64,000 nt of DNA from Gammaproteobacteria bacterium (lineage in GTDB: Bacteria; Pseudomonadota; Gammaproteobacteria; Natronospirales; DASSBR01). This document shows positions 18,620-28,707 of this stretch, one piece after another. The notes beneath the pieces were generated by a model, which was not told the DNA's origin, ran no database searches, and saw only the letters and a program-made list of their open reading frames with translations. Numbering within the stretch: position 1 is the stretch's first letter; each line of letters begins with the position of its first letter. The DNA lies in contig DASSNE010000003.1 in assembly GCA_035688265.1 (NCBI GenBank), forward strand, positions 12,890-76,889, given 5' to 3'. The translations under genes and the position numbers were made by a program.

Positions 18620-19360
18620 ATGTATCTGAAAAGTATTCTTGCGGCCGGCGCAATCGTCGCATTGGCCGGCTGTTCTTCGATGCACAACGAGCCGCCCGGC
18701 GCACAGCCGCTGGAAGAGCAGACCCTGGCGACGCAGGCGGCGGACGTGCTACAGCGACAGATGCAGCAACCGCCGGACAAGCGCATTCCGCAGGCGCTAT
18801 TGGCTGATGCGCGCTGCGTCGGCGTCTTTCCCTCATTCACCAAGGCCGCCTTCATCGTCGGCGGCGCTAGCGGCCATGGTATTGTCGTCTGCCGGAACCA
18901 GAACGCTCAGGGCAATGGCTGGAAGCACGCATCTCCCGCGTTTTACACCCTGACGAGCGGCAGCGTCGGCTTTCAGGCCGGGATCCAGTCGAGCGGGGTG
19001 ATCCTGCTGTTTCTGACGCAGCAGGGCGCTAACGCGCTGACTCAGAACAACGTCAAGTTCGGCGCCGACATCGGCATTGCAGCCGGGCCCCTCGGCTGGC
19101 ATGCCGGCTTCAATGGCGCGCCGGCGGCGGTCGTCAGCTACCAGGTGAACAAGTCGGGGCTGTTCGCCGGCATCAACCTGAACGGCACGAAGCTGAGCTT
19201 CGACCGGGCCTCGACCAGCGACGTTTATGACAACCAGCAGATCACGGGGCCGCAGGAAGTGCTGTTCCGGATGAACAAGGTGCCGTCGAGCGTGGATGTG
19301 TTCAACAACACGCTGGCGCAAATCGCGTCGCAGTCATCCAGCTCGGCGATCAGCCGGTAA
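18620..19360 (+). CDS. SYLF (Ysc84/DUF500-like) domain lipoprotein
   Basis: Has the lipobox LAGC. The sequence ..IPQALLADARCVGVFPSFTKAAFIVGG..GFQAGIQSSGVILLF..GADIGIAAGPLG..SGLFAGINLNG is present. Confidence 0.7.
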   Translation: MYLKSILAAGAIVALAGCSSMHNEPPGAQPLEEQTLATQAADVLQRQMQQPPDKRIPQALLADARCVGVFPSFTKAAFIVGGASGHGIVVCRNQNAQGNGWKHASPAFYTLTSGSVGFQAGIQSSGVILLFLTQQGANALTQNNVKFGADIGIAAGPLGWHAGFNGAPAAVVSYQVNKSGLFAGINLNGTKLSFDRASTSDVYDNQQITGPQEVLFRMNKVPSSVDVFNNTLAQIASQSSSSAISR

Positions 19361-19378
19361 GGCGGGGCGGTCAGACCG

Positions 19379-20047
19379 CTAAAGCCCGCGCTTGCGCGCG
19401 AGCGTCAGGCCGTCGCCGATCGGCACGAGACTCAAGTCGATGCGCTCGTCGCCGTACAGCTTGTCGTTGAATTCGCGGATGGCGACGGTGTCTCCGTCGT
19501 CATCCGCGGAATCGACGACGCGACCGCTCCAAAGCGTATTGTCGATCGCGATCAGCCCGTTGGGCTTGAGCAGCTTCAGCACCCGTTCGTAATAATCACC
19601 GTAGTGCGTCTTGTCGGCGTCGATGAAGGCGAAATCGTAAAGTCGATCTTCATCGGCGTCGATCATGCGCTCCAGCGTCTTCAGCGCCGGCGCGATTCGG
19701 AGGTCGATTTTGTCCTCGACGCCGGCTTCGCGCCAGTAGCGTCGTGCAACGGCCGTATAGTCCTCGCTCACGTCGCACGCCACAATGCGCCCGTCGTCCG
19801 GTAGCGCCAGCGCCACGCTCAGGCTGCTGTAACCCGTGAACACCCCGATTTCGATGCAGCGCCGCGCGCCGATCGCCTGCACCAGCAGTGCCAGCAACCG
19901 CCCCTGCTCCGGCGAGATCTGCATATTCGCATTCTCCCGGCGGGCGGTTTCCTCGCGCAAACGGCGCAAAATACCGGGCTCGCGCACAGACACGTCCAGC
20001 AGGTACTGGTAGAGTGAGTCATCGAGACTGATTGTGCGATTCGACAT
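19379..20047 (-). CDS. Class I SAM-dependent O-methyltransferase (caffeoyl-CoA OMT-like, COG4122 type)
   Basis: Preferred start is MSNRTISLDDSLYQYLLDVSVREPGILRRLREET (third codon of ORF 19379..20053). Contains ..CIEIGVFTGYSSL..FAFIDADK.. Confidence 0.8.
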   Translation of the reverse strand: MSNRTISLDDSLYQYLLDVSVREPGILRRLREETARRENANMQISPEQGRLLALLVQAIGARRCIEIGVFTGYSSLSVALALPDDGRIVACDVSEDYTAVARRYWREAGVEDKIDLRIAPALKTLERMIDADEDRLYDFAFIDADKTHYGDYYERVLKLLKPNGLIAIDNTLWSGRVVDSADDDGDTVAIREFNDKLYGDERIDLSLVPIGDGLTLARKRGL

Positions 20048-20825
20048 GGTCAAAGCCTATCCCAAACCAGCCGCGGACGGAACCCTGCATCTCGTCCAGA
20101 TCACCGACACGCACCTGTTCGCCGAATCGGGCCGGTGCATGCATCACGTCGACACCCGCGAAAGCTTCGAGCGCGTGATTGCCGCCATCGCGGCCGACGA
20201 GCAACCTGACCTGCTGGTCGCGACGGGTGACCTCGCGCAGGACGAGACGTTTGAAGCCTACCGCGAATTCGCAAGCGTCCTCGCGCCGCTCGACGTGCCG
20301 GCCCTCGCCCTTTGCGGTAATCACGACAACCCGGACCGCATGGCCGCCGCCTTCGCCGGCAGCGCCATCACGCTCGCCAAACAAACCGACGTGGGCGCAT
20401 GGCGCATCGTGCAACTGCACACGCAAGTGCCGGGCGAGACGTTCGGCCGACTCGACGACGCAGAACTGGCGCTGCTCGATGCCGCCCTCGACACTGATCG
20501 GCCGGCGCTGATCTGCCTGCACCACCCGCCGCTCGCCGTGGGCAGCCCCTGGCTCGATGAAATCGGCCTCACCAACACCGACGCCTTCTTCGACATCATC
20601 GACCGGCATCCGGCGGTGCGCGGCGTCGTCGCCGGCCATGTTCACCAGGAAATGCGCGCGCGGCGCGGCGCCGTCGACTACTTCACCACGCCCTCAACGT
20701 CGGTGCAGTTCCAGCCGGGCGTCACGAAACCCGCGTTCGACGCCGCTCCCCCCGGTTACCGGCGACTGCACCTTCACCCGGACGGTACGATAGAATCCAG
20801 CGTGGTCCGACTCGAGCACGCATAA
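20046..20825 (+). CDS. cpdA: 3',5'-cyclic-nucleotide phosphodiesterase
   Basis: MVKAYPKPAADGTLHLVQITDTHLF..LLVATGDLAQDE..LCGNHDN..LHHPP, the metallophosphoesterase motifs. The GTG at 20034 is an alternative start. Confidence 0.8.
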   Translation: MVKAYPKPAADGTLHLVQITDTHLFAESGRCMHHVDTRESFERVIAAIAADEQPDLLVATGDLAQDETFEAYREFASVLAPLDVPALALCGNHDNPDRMAAAFAGSAITLAKQTDVGAWRIVQLHTQVPGETFGRLDDAELALLDAALDTDRPALICLHHPPLAVGSPWLDEIGLTNTDAFFDIIDRHPAVRGVVAGHVHQEMRARRGAVDYFTTPSTSVQFQPGVTKPAFDAAPPGYRRLHLHPDGTIESSVVRLEHA

Positions 20826-20827
20826 CA

Positions 20828-21388
20828 ATGGACATTCGCGAAGAGCTGGTGCGCTACTACCGCTGGCTGCGCCAGCATGGCCTGAACGACTCCCACAGCG
20901 GCAACGCCTCCGTACGCGACGGCGACACCATCTGGGTCACGCCCACCGGCGCCTGCGCCGACACACTCGAACCGGACCAACTCGTCGCCTGCCCGATCGA
21001 CGGTCGCCCCGGCGCCGGCGCCTCGCTCGACGCGCCGCTGCACGTCAACGTCTACCGCCACAACGCGCAAGCGCGCGCCGTCCTCCACAGCCACGGCCCG
21101 CACAGCGTCGCGCTGACGCTCGACGGTAAACCGTTCACCCCGATCGATTTCGAAGGCGGCTTTTACTTTCCCCACGTCCCGGTCATCACCATCCCCTACG
21201 AACAGTATGTCGAGCGTGCGCCGGATAGCGTCGCCACTGCGCTCAGCGACCACCGCATCGCGATCGTGCGCGGCCACGGCGTCTATGCGCAGGCCGACAG
21301 CCTCAACCTGGCGTACAAATGGACCTGTTCGTTGGAATTGTCGGCGAAGACGGCGTTCATTGCGCGCTTGGCGGGAACGGCCAATTAG
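20828..21388 (+). CDS. Class II aldolase/adducin-family protein
   Basis: 186 aa with ..GLNDSHSGNASVRDGDTIWVTPTG..AVLHSHGPHSVALT.. Confidence 0.75.
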   Translation: MDIREELVRYYRWLRQHGLNDSHSGNASVRDGDTIWVTPTGACADTLEPDQLVACPIDGRPGAGASLDAPLHVNVYRHNAQARAVLHSHGPHSVALTLDGKPFTPIDFEGGFYFPHVPVITIPYEQYVERAPDSVATALSDHRIAIVRGHGVYAQADSLNLAYKWTCSLELSAKTAFIARLAGTAN

Positions 21389-21492
21389 GCACCGCTAAGA
21401 CCAGGACAACGTGTCGAGGCGGGAGCCTCCATGGACGGATTCACGGCGTCCCTGAGAGAAGTCACCGCGCCGCCGCCCCCGCGACAAGCTAA

Positions 21493-21657
21493 TCAGACCT
21501 CGATCATTTCGAAATCTTCCTTCCCCGCACCGCAGTCCGGACAAGTCCAGTTCAACGGTACATCCTCCCATTTCGTGCCGGGGGCGATGCCGGAATCCGG
21601 GTCGCCCTCCGCTTCATCGTAAATGTGACCGCAAATCACGCACATGTAAGTCTTCAT
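21493..21657 (-). CDS. Rubredoxin
   Basis: 54 aa, [54 protein letters not shown], with two CxxCG motifs. This is the C-terminal part of the over-extended ORF 21493..22449. Confidence 0.95.
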   Translation of the reverse strand: MKTYMCVICGHIYDEAEGDPDSGIAPGTKWEDVPLNWTCPDCGAGKEDFEMIEV

Positions 21658-21717
21658 CTCGTTATTTTCCCATGAACGGCGCAACGGCGAAACCGGCCGA
21701 TTGATAAAATGCACGGT

Positions 21718-22491
21718 ATGAAATCGACAACGCCCATCGTCCTCGTCATTGCCGGACTCGACCCATCCGGTGGCGCCGGTCTCGTCGCCGACATCCAGAC
21801 AGTTACCGCGCTTGGCGCACATCCCGCGACCGTCGCCACCACCCTCACAGTGCAGGACACCCGCAACGCACTCGAAGTCCGCCCGCTCGACGCCGCCTTC
21901 GTCGCCGCGCAGGCACGCGCAGTCCTCGCCGACATGCCCATCGCCGCGATCAAACTCGGTCTGCTCGGCAGCGCCGCGACCGGCGCAGCCATAGCCGAAC
22001 TCCTGAACGAATCGCCCGACATCCCCGTCGTGCTCGACCCCGTGCTCGTCGCCAGCGGCGGCGCCAGGCTCGCCGAAGACGCACTGATCGACGTGATGCG
22101 CAACGCATTGCTGCCGCGCGCATTGCTCGCGACCCCGAACCGCCGCGAATTCCTGCGGCTTACCGATGGGGGCGACGATGCCAGGCGCGCGTCGGGCCTG
22201 CTGGCCGGCGGCTGCGCCAACCTCCTCGTCACCGGTGGCGACGACGATACCACCACCGTCCGCAACACCTTGTTCAGCCACTCGGCTGCGCCACAACAGT
22301 ACGAATGGCCGCGACTGGCCGGCCCCTTCCACGGCTCCGGCTGCACGCTCGCCGCCGCCGCGGCCGCCGCCCTGGCACAAGGCATGAAGGTGGCGGACGC
22401 GGTCAAACGAGCGCAGGAATTCACGTTCGGCGCATTGCAACGCGCGCAACGGCTGGGCCGCGGCCAGCCGATCCCCTACCGGATGCCATGA
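21718..22491 (+). CDS. thiD: Hydroxymethylpyrimidine/phosphomethylpyrimidine kinase
   Basis: [29 protein letters not shown].. An alternative ATG lies at 21709. Confidence 0.9.
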   Translation: MKSTTPIVLVIAGLDPSGGAGLVADIQTVTALGAHPATVATTLTVQDTRNALEVRPLDAAFVAAQARAVLADMPIAAIKLGLLGSAATGAAIAELLNESPDIPVVLDPVLVASGGARLAEDALIDVMRNALLPRALLATPNRREFLRLTDGGDDARRASGLLAGGCANLLVTGGDDDTTTVRNTLFSHSAAPQQYEWPRLAGPFHGSGCTLAAAAAAALAQGMKVADAVKRAQEFTFGALQRAQRLGRGQPIPYRMP

Positions 22492-23180
22492 AGCTTCCGG
22501 CCGGCGGGCTCTACGCCATCACTGATAGTGAAATGCAGGGCGACGCCCTGGAACGCGCCGTCGCGGCCGCGATCGCCGGCGGTGCAGCATTGATTCAGTA
22601 TCGCGACAAAACGACCGACCGGCGCCGCCGATTGCGCGACGGTGAACGGCTACGGAATCTCTGCCGTGATGCGGACATCGGACTGATAATCAACGACGAC
22701 GTGGAACTGGCCGCCGCGCTCAATGCCGATGGCGTACACCTGGGAGCCGATGACATGCCGCTCGCCGAGGCCCGTGCACGGCTGGGCAAAGACGCCATCA
22801 TCGGCGTGTCCTGCTACGACTCGCTGGCATGCGCAGAGCAGGCAGCGGCATCCGGTGCCGACTACGTCGCCTTCGGCAGTTTTTATCCATCATCGACCAA
22901 ACCGGGCGCAGTGCGAGCCCCGATCGACCTGCTACGAGCCGCGCGCGGGTTGCGCGTGCCGGTAATTGCGATCGGTGGTATTACACCTGTCAACGGGCAG
23001 GCGCTGATCAATGCCGGCGCCCATTTCCTGGCGGTCATCAGCGGCGTATTCGGCACCGGCGACATTCAGCGTGCGGCACAATCGTATGCCGATCTGTTTG
23101 CTACAACTCCCGGATCGCAGTGGCGACCGGCAGACGTGCAGCACGAATCGCCGGCAGCAGACCGCCGACGAAGCCCATGA
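22488..23180 (+). CDS. thiE: Thiamine-phosphate synthase
   Basis: ATGA overlap with the thiD stop. [43 protein letters not shown]. The 3' end overlaps the convergent permease gene by about 80 nt, so the true C-terminus is uncertain. Confidence 0.85.
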   Translation: MKLPAGGLYAITDSEMQGDALERAVAAAIAGGAALIQYRDKTTDRRRRLRDGERLRNLCRDADIGLIINDDVELAAALNADGVHLGADDMPLAEARARLGKDAIIGVSCYDSLACAEQAAASGADYVAFGSFYPSSTKPGAVRAPIDLLRAARGLRVPVIAIGGITPVNGQALINAGAHFLAVISGVFGTGDIQRAAQSYADLFATTPGSQWRPADVQHESPAADRRRSP

Positions 23181-24276
23181 TCAGCGCGTAAATAATGCCG
23201 CCGCCGATCAGCGCCGGCGTTACCGCGAACTCGAACACGACCTGGCTGAACTGGTTGACGGTACTGGCCTGGAATCCGTTGAACGCGAGATACGCGACCA
23301 GGCCGCCCAATGCACCGCCGAGAAGCCCCAGTAACGCACCCTCCAACAGCACCGAACTCAGCACCGCAAAGCGGCCGAAGCCGAGCGCGCGCAGGGTTGC
23401 GATCTCGCGGCTGCGGTCGGACACGATCGTGTACATCGTGTTGATCGCGCCGAACACCGCGCCGATGCCCATCAAGAGTGCAATGACGCTGCCGGCGACG
23501 CCGATCAGCGCGGTGAGCGCCTGCGACTGCTCGGCGTAATAGTCGCTTTCGCGCTTGACGCTGACGTTGAGGCGCGGGTCCTGGCTCAACGCGGCTTTGA
23601 AGCGGCTGAAATCGGCCGGCGAGCCAAGCTTGACGTACACTGACTCGACCGAGCTGCCGCGCCGATAGGCCTGCTGCAGCGCCGTCAGATTCGTCCAGAT
23701 TTCCGATTCGTGCATGCCGCCGCCGGCCATGATGCCGACGATGCGCCAGGTGTAACGCCCCGACTTGAAAGTCGAGCCCAACTGCAGACCGCGGAACTCT
23801 TCCGCCGCGGCCCGGCCGACGACGACTTCGTTCAGGCCCGGCCTGAACATGCGCCCCGCCACGATATGCACACGCGGATGCACCTTGAACGCGTTCATCG
23901 TCACGCCGCGAAACGGCACATTCGCCTCGACGTTGCTGCCGCGCTTGGTGCGGTTGATCAGCACGAGTAGTTCCGGTGACGTGAGCGGCCCGTCGGCGCC
24001 GGTCGCAATGCCGGGCGCCGCGTCGATCGCCATAATGTCGTCATGCAGCAGCACGCTGTTGATCTCGCTCGCCGCGCCGCCGCGCAGCACGATTGCAACA
24101 TCCGGCAGGCCCGTGCCCGTGAGCGTCGCCTTGAAGCCGGCGCGAATCGACAGCACGCCGACCAGTACGGCGACGACCCCGGCGAAACCGACCAGTGCGA
24201 CAAGCGCCGCATCCAGCCGCCCGGGCAGGCTGCGAAGATTCAGCAGGCTGACGGACCACAACTGTCTGAGCATCAT
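23101..24276 (-). CDS. FtsX/MacB-type ABC transporter permease
   Basis: Start MMLRQLWSVSLLNLRSLPGRL.., with an ATGA overlap to the upstream permease stop. The C-terminus ..[21 protein letters not shown] is typical of FtsX-like permeases. Confidence 0.8.
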   Translation of the reverse strand: MMLRQLWSVSLLNLRSLPGRLDAALVALVGFAGVVAVLVGVLSIRAGFKATLTGTGLPDVAIVLRGGAASEINSVLLHDDIMAIDAAPGIATGADGPLTSPELLVLINRTKRGSNVEANVPFRGVTMNAFKVHPRVHIVAGRMFRPGLNEVVVGRAAAEEFRGLQLGSTFKSGRYTWRIVGIMAGGGMHESEIWTNLTALQQAYRRGSSVESVYVKLGSPADFSRFKAALSQDPRLNVSVKRESDYYAEQSQALTALIGVAGSVIALLMGIGAVFGAINTMYTIVSDRSREIATLRALGFGRFAVLSSVLLEGALLGLLGGALGGLVAYLAFNGFQASTVNQFSQVVFEFAVTPALIGGGIIYALIMGFVGGLLPAIRAARLPVATAIREL

Positions 24277-25430
24277 GCCTTCCTCAATGCGCTGACCATG
24301 TTCATCCGCAGAACCTGCGCACACGGCAGTACCGCGGACAGCAGCCCCAACAGCACGATAAAGCCGATGCCGACCAATGCCGCCGTCGTCGATATCGCAA
24401 ACCCGGGCACGTACCGGGAAAGCCTGGTGCCGATGCCGGTCGCGAGCAGCCAGGCGAGACCCAGCCCGGCGAGTCCGCCGAGCGCAGTCAACACCACCGA
24501 CTCTCCGACCACCAGCGCCACGATCATCGCGCGCCGAAAGCCGAGCGCCTTCATCACCGCAAGTTCGGAAGTCCGCTCCCGCACCGCGCGCGCCATCGTG
24601 TTTGCGGTCACGAGCAGCATGCCAAAAAACACCGCGCCGACGATCGCGGTGACGATCGCGCCGATGTCGCCGAGTTGGTCGGCGAAGTTCTGCACGAAGG
24701 CCTCCTCGGTCGACGTGCGGGTTTCGTGCGGCGAGTTCGCGAACAGCGCGTCGATCTTGTCCGCCACCACGGCGGCATTGGCGCCTGGCGCAATACGCAG
24801 CACGTACAGGCTCGTCATGTCGTCCGCGAAAACGCTGCGCTCGTTCCAGTACTTGTAATGCAGGAACAGCATCTGGTCGTTGCCACCTTGCGCCCGGTCG
24901 GAGTAAATGCCGTCGATAGTCAGTGTCCAGGTGTTATTGCCGTTGGCGTCGCGCCAGATATTGGACTTCAACGGGATCTTATCGCCAACTTTCCAGCCGA
25001 AGCGGCGCGCGAGCGAGGCACCGACCATCGCGCCGGCACGGTCGGCTTTCCATGCCTTCAATTGCGACGGCGGCACGCGCAGTTCCGAATAAACAGCGAA
25101 ATAGTTGTCGGCGTTGACGGCGAAAGAAAAGATCGACTGCTTCGGGTCCTGGTAATACCCGCCGAACCAGATTTCCCAAGTCACATCCTCGACGCCGGGC
25201 ACCGTCTGAATGCGTTGCAGGTACGCGAGCGGCAAGCTCTGCGTCAGCGAGACCTTGCTCATCGTCACCAGTCGATGCTGCCCGGCAACGCTCGTCCCGC
25301 CGGTGAACGCGGCCCGCGTTGCAGCGAGCAGTCCGAACAGCAGGAACGCGACCAGCACCGACAGGAACGTGAACAGCGTGCGCAGTTTTTTTCTTTTGAG
25401 GCCGCTGGCGACCAACCCGAGATATTTCAT
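24273..25430 (-). CDS. FtsX/MacB-type ABC transporter permease
   Basis: Start MKYLGLVASGLKRKKLRTLFTFLSVLVAFLLFG. Has a large periplasmic segment and a C-terminal FtsX-type 3-TM bundle. Confidence 0.8.
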   Translation of the reverse strand: MKYLGLVASGLKRKKLRTLFTFLSVLVAFLLFGLLAATRAAFTGGTSVAGQHRLVTMSKVSLTQSLPLAYLQRIQTVPGVEDVTWEIWFGGYYQDPKQSIFSFAVNADNYFAVYSELRVPPSQLKAWKADRAGAMVGASLARRFGWKVGDKIPLKSNIWRDANGNNTWTLTIDGIYSDRAQGGNDQMLFLHYKYWNERSVFADDMTSLYVLRIAPGANAAVVADKIDALFANSPHETRTSTEEAFVQNFADQLGDIGAIVTAIVGAVFFGMLLVTANTMARAVRERTSELAVMKALGFRRAMIVALVVGESVVLTALGGLAGLGLAWLLATGIGTRLSRYVPGFAISTTAALVGIGFIVLLGLLSAVLPCAQVLRMNMVSALRKA

Positions 25431-25584
25431 CGCCCTGTTTCCTTGCAGCGTGACCGGCAATATACCCGGTGGCGCAATGTCCTGGAAGTCTCACCTGTCA
25501 GTCATTCGATGTGACATTTGTCAGGCATCGCCGACAGGTTTGGTTTAACATGCCGAAGGCAAATATCAGCATGTAAAGGTCGTA

Positions 25585-26871
25585 ATGTCGGAAAGTCTGT
25601 TCGAGCAAGCCCAACGCTATATCCCCGGCGGTGTCAATTCGCCGGTGCGTGCCTTTACCGGTGTCGGTGGCGAACCGCCGTTCATTGCCCGCGCTGAAGG
25701 CCCGTATCTCTACGACGAAGCCGGCCGGCGCTACATCGATTACGTCGGCTCCTGGGGGCCGATGATTGTGGGCCACGCACATCCGCGGGTGCTCGAAGCG
25801 GTGCACGCGGCGGTCGATCGCGGCTTGAGCTTCGGCGCGCCGACGGTGCTGGAAACACAGCTCGCGGAGAAAGTCGTCTCGATGGTGCCGTCGATCGATC
25901 TCGTGCGCATGGTCAACTCCGGCACCGAAGCCACGATGAGCGCGATTCGCCTGGCGCGCGCGTTCACCGGGCGCGAGCGCATTGTCAAGTTCGAAGGCGG
26001 CTACCACGGCCATTCCGACTCGCTGCTGGTGAACGCCGGCTCCGGCGCGCTGACGTTCGGTGTGCCGAGTTCGCCGGGCGTGCCGGCGGCGCTGGCCGAG
26101 TACACGCTGACGCTGCGGTACAACGATATCGACGCGGCACGTGCGGCGTTCGCTGAAGCCGGCGACGATATCGCCGCGGTGATCGTCGAGCCGGTCGCCG
26201 GCAACATGAACTGTATTCCGCCGGTACCCGGTTTTCTCGAAGGGTTGCGCGAGCTGTGCAGCGCGCACGCGAGCGTGCTGATTTTCGATGAAGTCATGAC
26301 CGGTTTTCGCGTGGCCCCGGGCGGCGCGCAGCAGCTTTACGGCGTGACGCCGGATCTGACCACGCTCGGCAAGATCATCGGCGGCGGCCTGCCGGTCGGC
26401 GCCTTCGGCGGCCGCCGCGACATCATGGCGCAGATCGCGCCGAGCGGCCCCGTCTACCAGGCCGGCACGCTGTCCGGCAATCCGATCGCGATGGCGGCGG
26501 GACTCGCGACGCTCGAGATTATCAGTCAGGCGGACTTTCATTCGCGTCTCGCCGCGCGCACCGACAAGCTCGTCGCCGGCCTGCGCGCCGCCGCCGAAAG
26601 CGTCGGCGTCCCCTTCACGACCAATCATGTCTGCGGCATGTTCGGCCTGTTCTTCAGCGACGCGGCAGTCGTGCAGCGTTACGAACAGGTGGTCGCCTGC
26701 GACAAGGGCCGGTTTGCGCGTTTCTTCCACGCGATGCTGGACGCCGGCGTCAATCTGGCGCCGTCAGCGTTCGAGGCCGGCTTCGTATCCGGCGCGCACG
26801 ACGAGACGGTGATCGACGCGACCCTCGATGCCGCGGCGCGCGCCTTCGCGCAATGTTCCAAGACATCCTGA
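25585..26871 (+). CDS. hemL: Glutamate-1-semialdehyde 2,1-aminomutase
   Basis: 428 aa, [24 protein letters not shown].. Confidence 0.95.
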   Translation: MSESLFEQAQRYIPGGVNSPVRAFTGVGGEPPFIARAEGPYLYDEAGRRYIDYVGSWGPMIVGHAHPRVLEAVHAAVDRGLSFGAPTVLETQLAEKVVSMVPSIDLVRMVNSGTEATMSAIRLARAFTGRERIVKFEGGYHGHSDSLLVNAGSGALTFGVPSSPGVPAALAEYTLTLRYNDIDAARAAFAEAGDDIAAVIVEPVAGNMNCIPPVPGFLEGLRELCSAHASVLIFDEVMTGFRVAPGGAQQLYGVTPDLTTLGKIIGGGLPVGAFGGRRDIMAQIAPSGPVYQAGTLSGNPIAMAAGLATLEIISQADFHSRLAARTDKLVAGLRAAAESVGVPFTTNHVCGMFGLFFSDAAVVQRYEQVVACDKGRFARFFHAMLDAGVNLAPSAFEAGFVSGAHDETVIDATLDAAARAFAQCSKTS

Positions 26872-28181
26872 ACCACATCCTCGCCTGGGTCAGCGCCAAT
26901 CCCGGCTGGGCCGGCGTCGCCGTGTTCGCCATCGCCTGCTTCGAGTCGCTGTTGGTAATCGGCTACCTGGTCCCCGGCATTTTCGTGCTGTTCGGCATCG
27001 GCGCGCTGATCGGCAGCGGCTACCTGTCGTTCTGGCCGGTCGCGATCTGGGCGGCAGCGGGCGCCATCGCCGGCGATGTCGCGAGTTACGTCGTCGGCTA
27101 TGTCTGGCGCGATCGGCTGCAACACGGCTGGCCGTTTCAGCGCCACCCGGAGCTGTACGCGAAAGGCGTGCAGTTCTTCGACGATCACGGCGGCAAGAGC
27201 ATCGTCTTCGGCCGCTTCGTCGGCCCGGTGCGACCCCTGATTCCGGCCATCGCCGGCATGACCGGCATGAGCGCCGCGCGCTTCGTGATCATCGACGTGA
27301 TCGCGGCTGCGCTGTGGGCACCTGTGTACCTGTTTCCCGGCATGGTGTTCGGTGCGTCGCTCGACCTCGCCGCCGCGGTCGCCGGCCGGCTGATGATCCT
27401 GATCGGCGTGCTCACCGTGTGCCTGTGGCTGCTGTGGCAGGTGGTGAAGCGCGTCGCCTACCACGTGCGCAAGCCGCTCCGCCACGCGTCGAACGGGGTA
27501 TTGATCGGCGCCGCCGCGGCCGGCTTCGCGGTCATCGGCATTCTCGCGCTGCTGTGGACGCCGCTCGGCGACCTGCTGCTGCCTGGCGCAACGCCCGCGC
27601 CCAAAACCATCACCGGGAGCGCCTGGCAACAGGGCGGCGGCTGGCGCGAAGTGGCGGCGTGGCATGCACATCGCCACGGCCGCGCGCCGCTCAACGTGCA
27701 ACTCGCCGGCGATCCGGACGCGCTGGCCGCCGCGCTGGGTCGGCACGGCTGGCAGCCGGCGCCGCCGCTGACGCTGGCGGGCGCTCTGCACTGGCTCGCG
27801 CCCGACCCTGACATCGGGGTGCTGCCGCTGCTGCCGCAACTCAGGTCGCGCCATCGCGAACGGCTGGTGCTGGTGCGCCCGGCGGGCGCGAAATCGGAGT
27901 GGGTGCTGCAACTGTGGGCCAGCGGCTGGCAGACCGCCGCCGGTGCGCCGATCAGCATCGGCCGCGTGCGCCGTTACAGGCTCGACGCGCGGCTGCCGCT
28001 GCTGACCTTGCCGCGCCCCGCCGGCGATGCCGATGCGGCCCTCGACGAACTCGCCGCATCGCTGAACGCACCGGACCGGCACACGCTGCTGGCGCGCGAT
28101 CCGGCACACGTCCTGCTCATTCTCGACGCTTCACGCTCTCCACCAGCGGGCGCAACATCCGCAGCCGCTCCAGCGGGTTAG
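26853..28181 (+). CDS. DedA/VTT-domain membrane protein with a C-terminal ~200-aa extra domain (LssY_C-like by recollection)
   Basis: The N-terminal half, ..[41 protein letters not shown], is DedA-like. The C-terminal half is soluble-looking. It overlaps the hemL end by 19 nt. Confidence 0.65.
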   Translation: MFQDILNHILAWVSANPGWAGVAVFAIACFESLLVIGYLVPGIFVLFGIGALIGSGYLSFWPVAIWAAAGAIAGDVASYVVGYVWRDRLQHGWPFQRHPELYAKGVQFFDDHGGKSIVFGRFVGPVRPLIPAIAGMTGMSAARFVIIDVIAAALWAPVYLFPGMVFGASLDLAAAVAGRLMILIGVLTVCLWLLWQVVKRVAYHVRKPLRHASNGVLIGAAAAGFAVIGILALLWTPLGDLLLPGATPAPKTITGSAWQQGGGWREVAAWHAHRHGRAPLNVQLAGDPDALAAALGRHGWQPAPPLTLAGALHWLAPDPDIGVLPLLPQLRSRHRERLVLVRPAGAKSEWVLQLWASGWQTAAGAPISIGRVRRYRLDARLPLLTLPRPAGDADAALDELAASLNAPDRHTLLARDPAHVLLILDASRSPPAGATSAAAPAG

Positions 28182-28707
28182 TCATCTCCAGCATCACCTG
28201 CTTTTGCGCGAGCGGCAGGGGCAGCAGTTCGGCGAACCGGCATCCAACCCAGCCTGCGTCATCGAAATCCGGTTCGACGGCCTGATATTGCGATTTGAAA
28301 TGCGCCAGCAGACGGCGCAGCATCGCGACCATGGGCCGCCATTCCGCCGGCAGCGGCGCAGCCTCTTCCGCCGGCAGACTTGCGAGTCGACCCAGATGCA
28401 GGCCGTCTTTCCGGCGCCAGCTTTCCTCGATGCTGAAGCGCCCCTCGCCGCGCGCGACGATGCCGAGCATGCCATCGTCGCGCGGCTCCCAATCGACGAT
28501 CCGCGCCAGCGTGCCGACCGTCGCCATCTTCACCGGCCCGATCTCGGTGCCCTCGCGGATCAGGCAGACGCCGAACCCGCAATCGTCGCGCATGCAGCGG
28601 CTGACCATGTCGAGGTAGCGCGGCTCGAAGATTCGCAACGACAGCGGCCCGCCCGGGAACAGGACGGTGTGCAGCGGGAACAGCGGGATTTCAGCGACTT
28701 CAGTCAT
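28117..28707 (-). CDS. LON N-terminal (substrate-binding) domain protein
   Basis: 196 aa with IPLFPLHTVLFPGGPLSLRIFEPRYLDMV.. Confidence 0.8.
   Translation of the reverse strand: MTEVAEIPLFPLHTVLFPGGPLSLRIFEPRYLDMVSRCMRDDCGFGVCLIREGTEIGPVKMATVGTLARIVDWEPRDDGMLGIVARGEGRFSIEESWRRKDGLHLGRLASLPAEEAAPLPAEWRPMVAMLRRLLAHFKSQYQAVEPDFDDAGWVGCRFAELLPLPLAQKQVMLEMTNPLERLRMLRPLVESVKRRE

Noticed and set aside
21658-21717. Possible TPP riboswitch upstream of thiD-thiE
   Set aside because: The spacer is only about 50-60 nt, and no CUGAGA/ACCUGA-type core is present.
23101-23180. 80-nt convergent overlap of thiE and the permease gene as a sign of a frameshift or misassembly
   Set aside because: The permease C-terminus is canonical (..[16 protein letters not shown]). 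The thiE tail beyond the conserved core is simply open because stops are rare at this GC content. There is no evidence of disruption.
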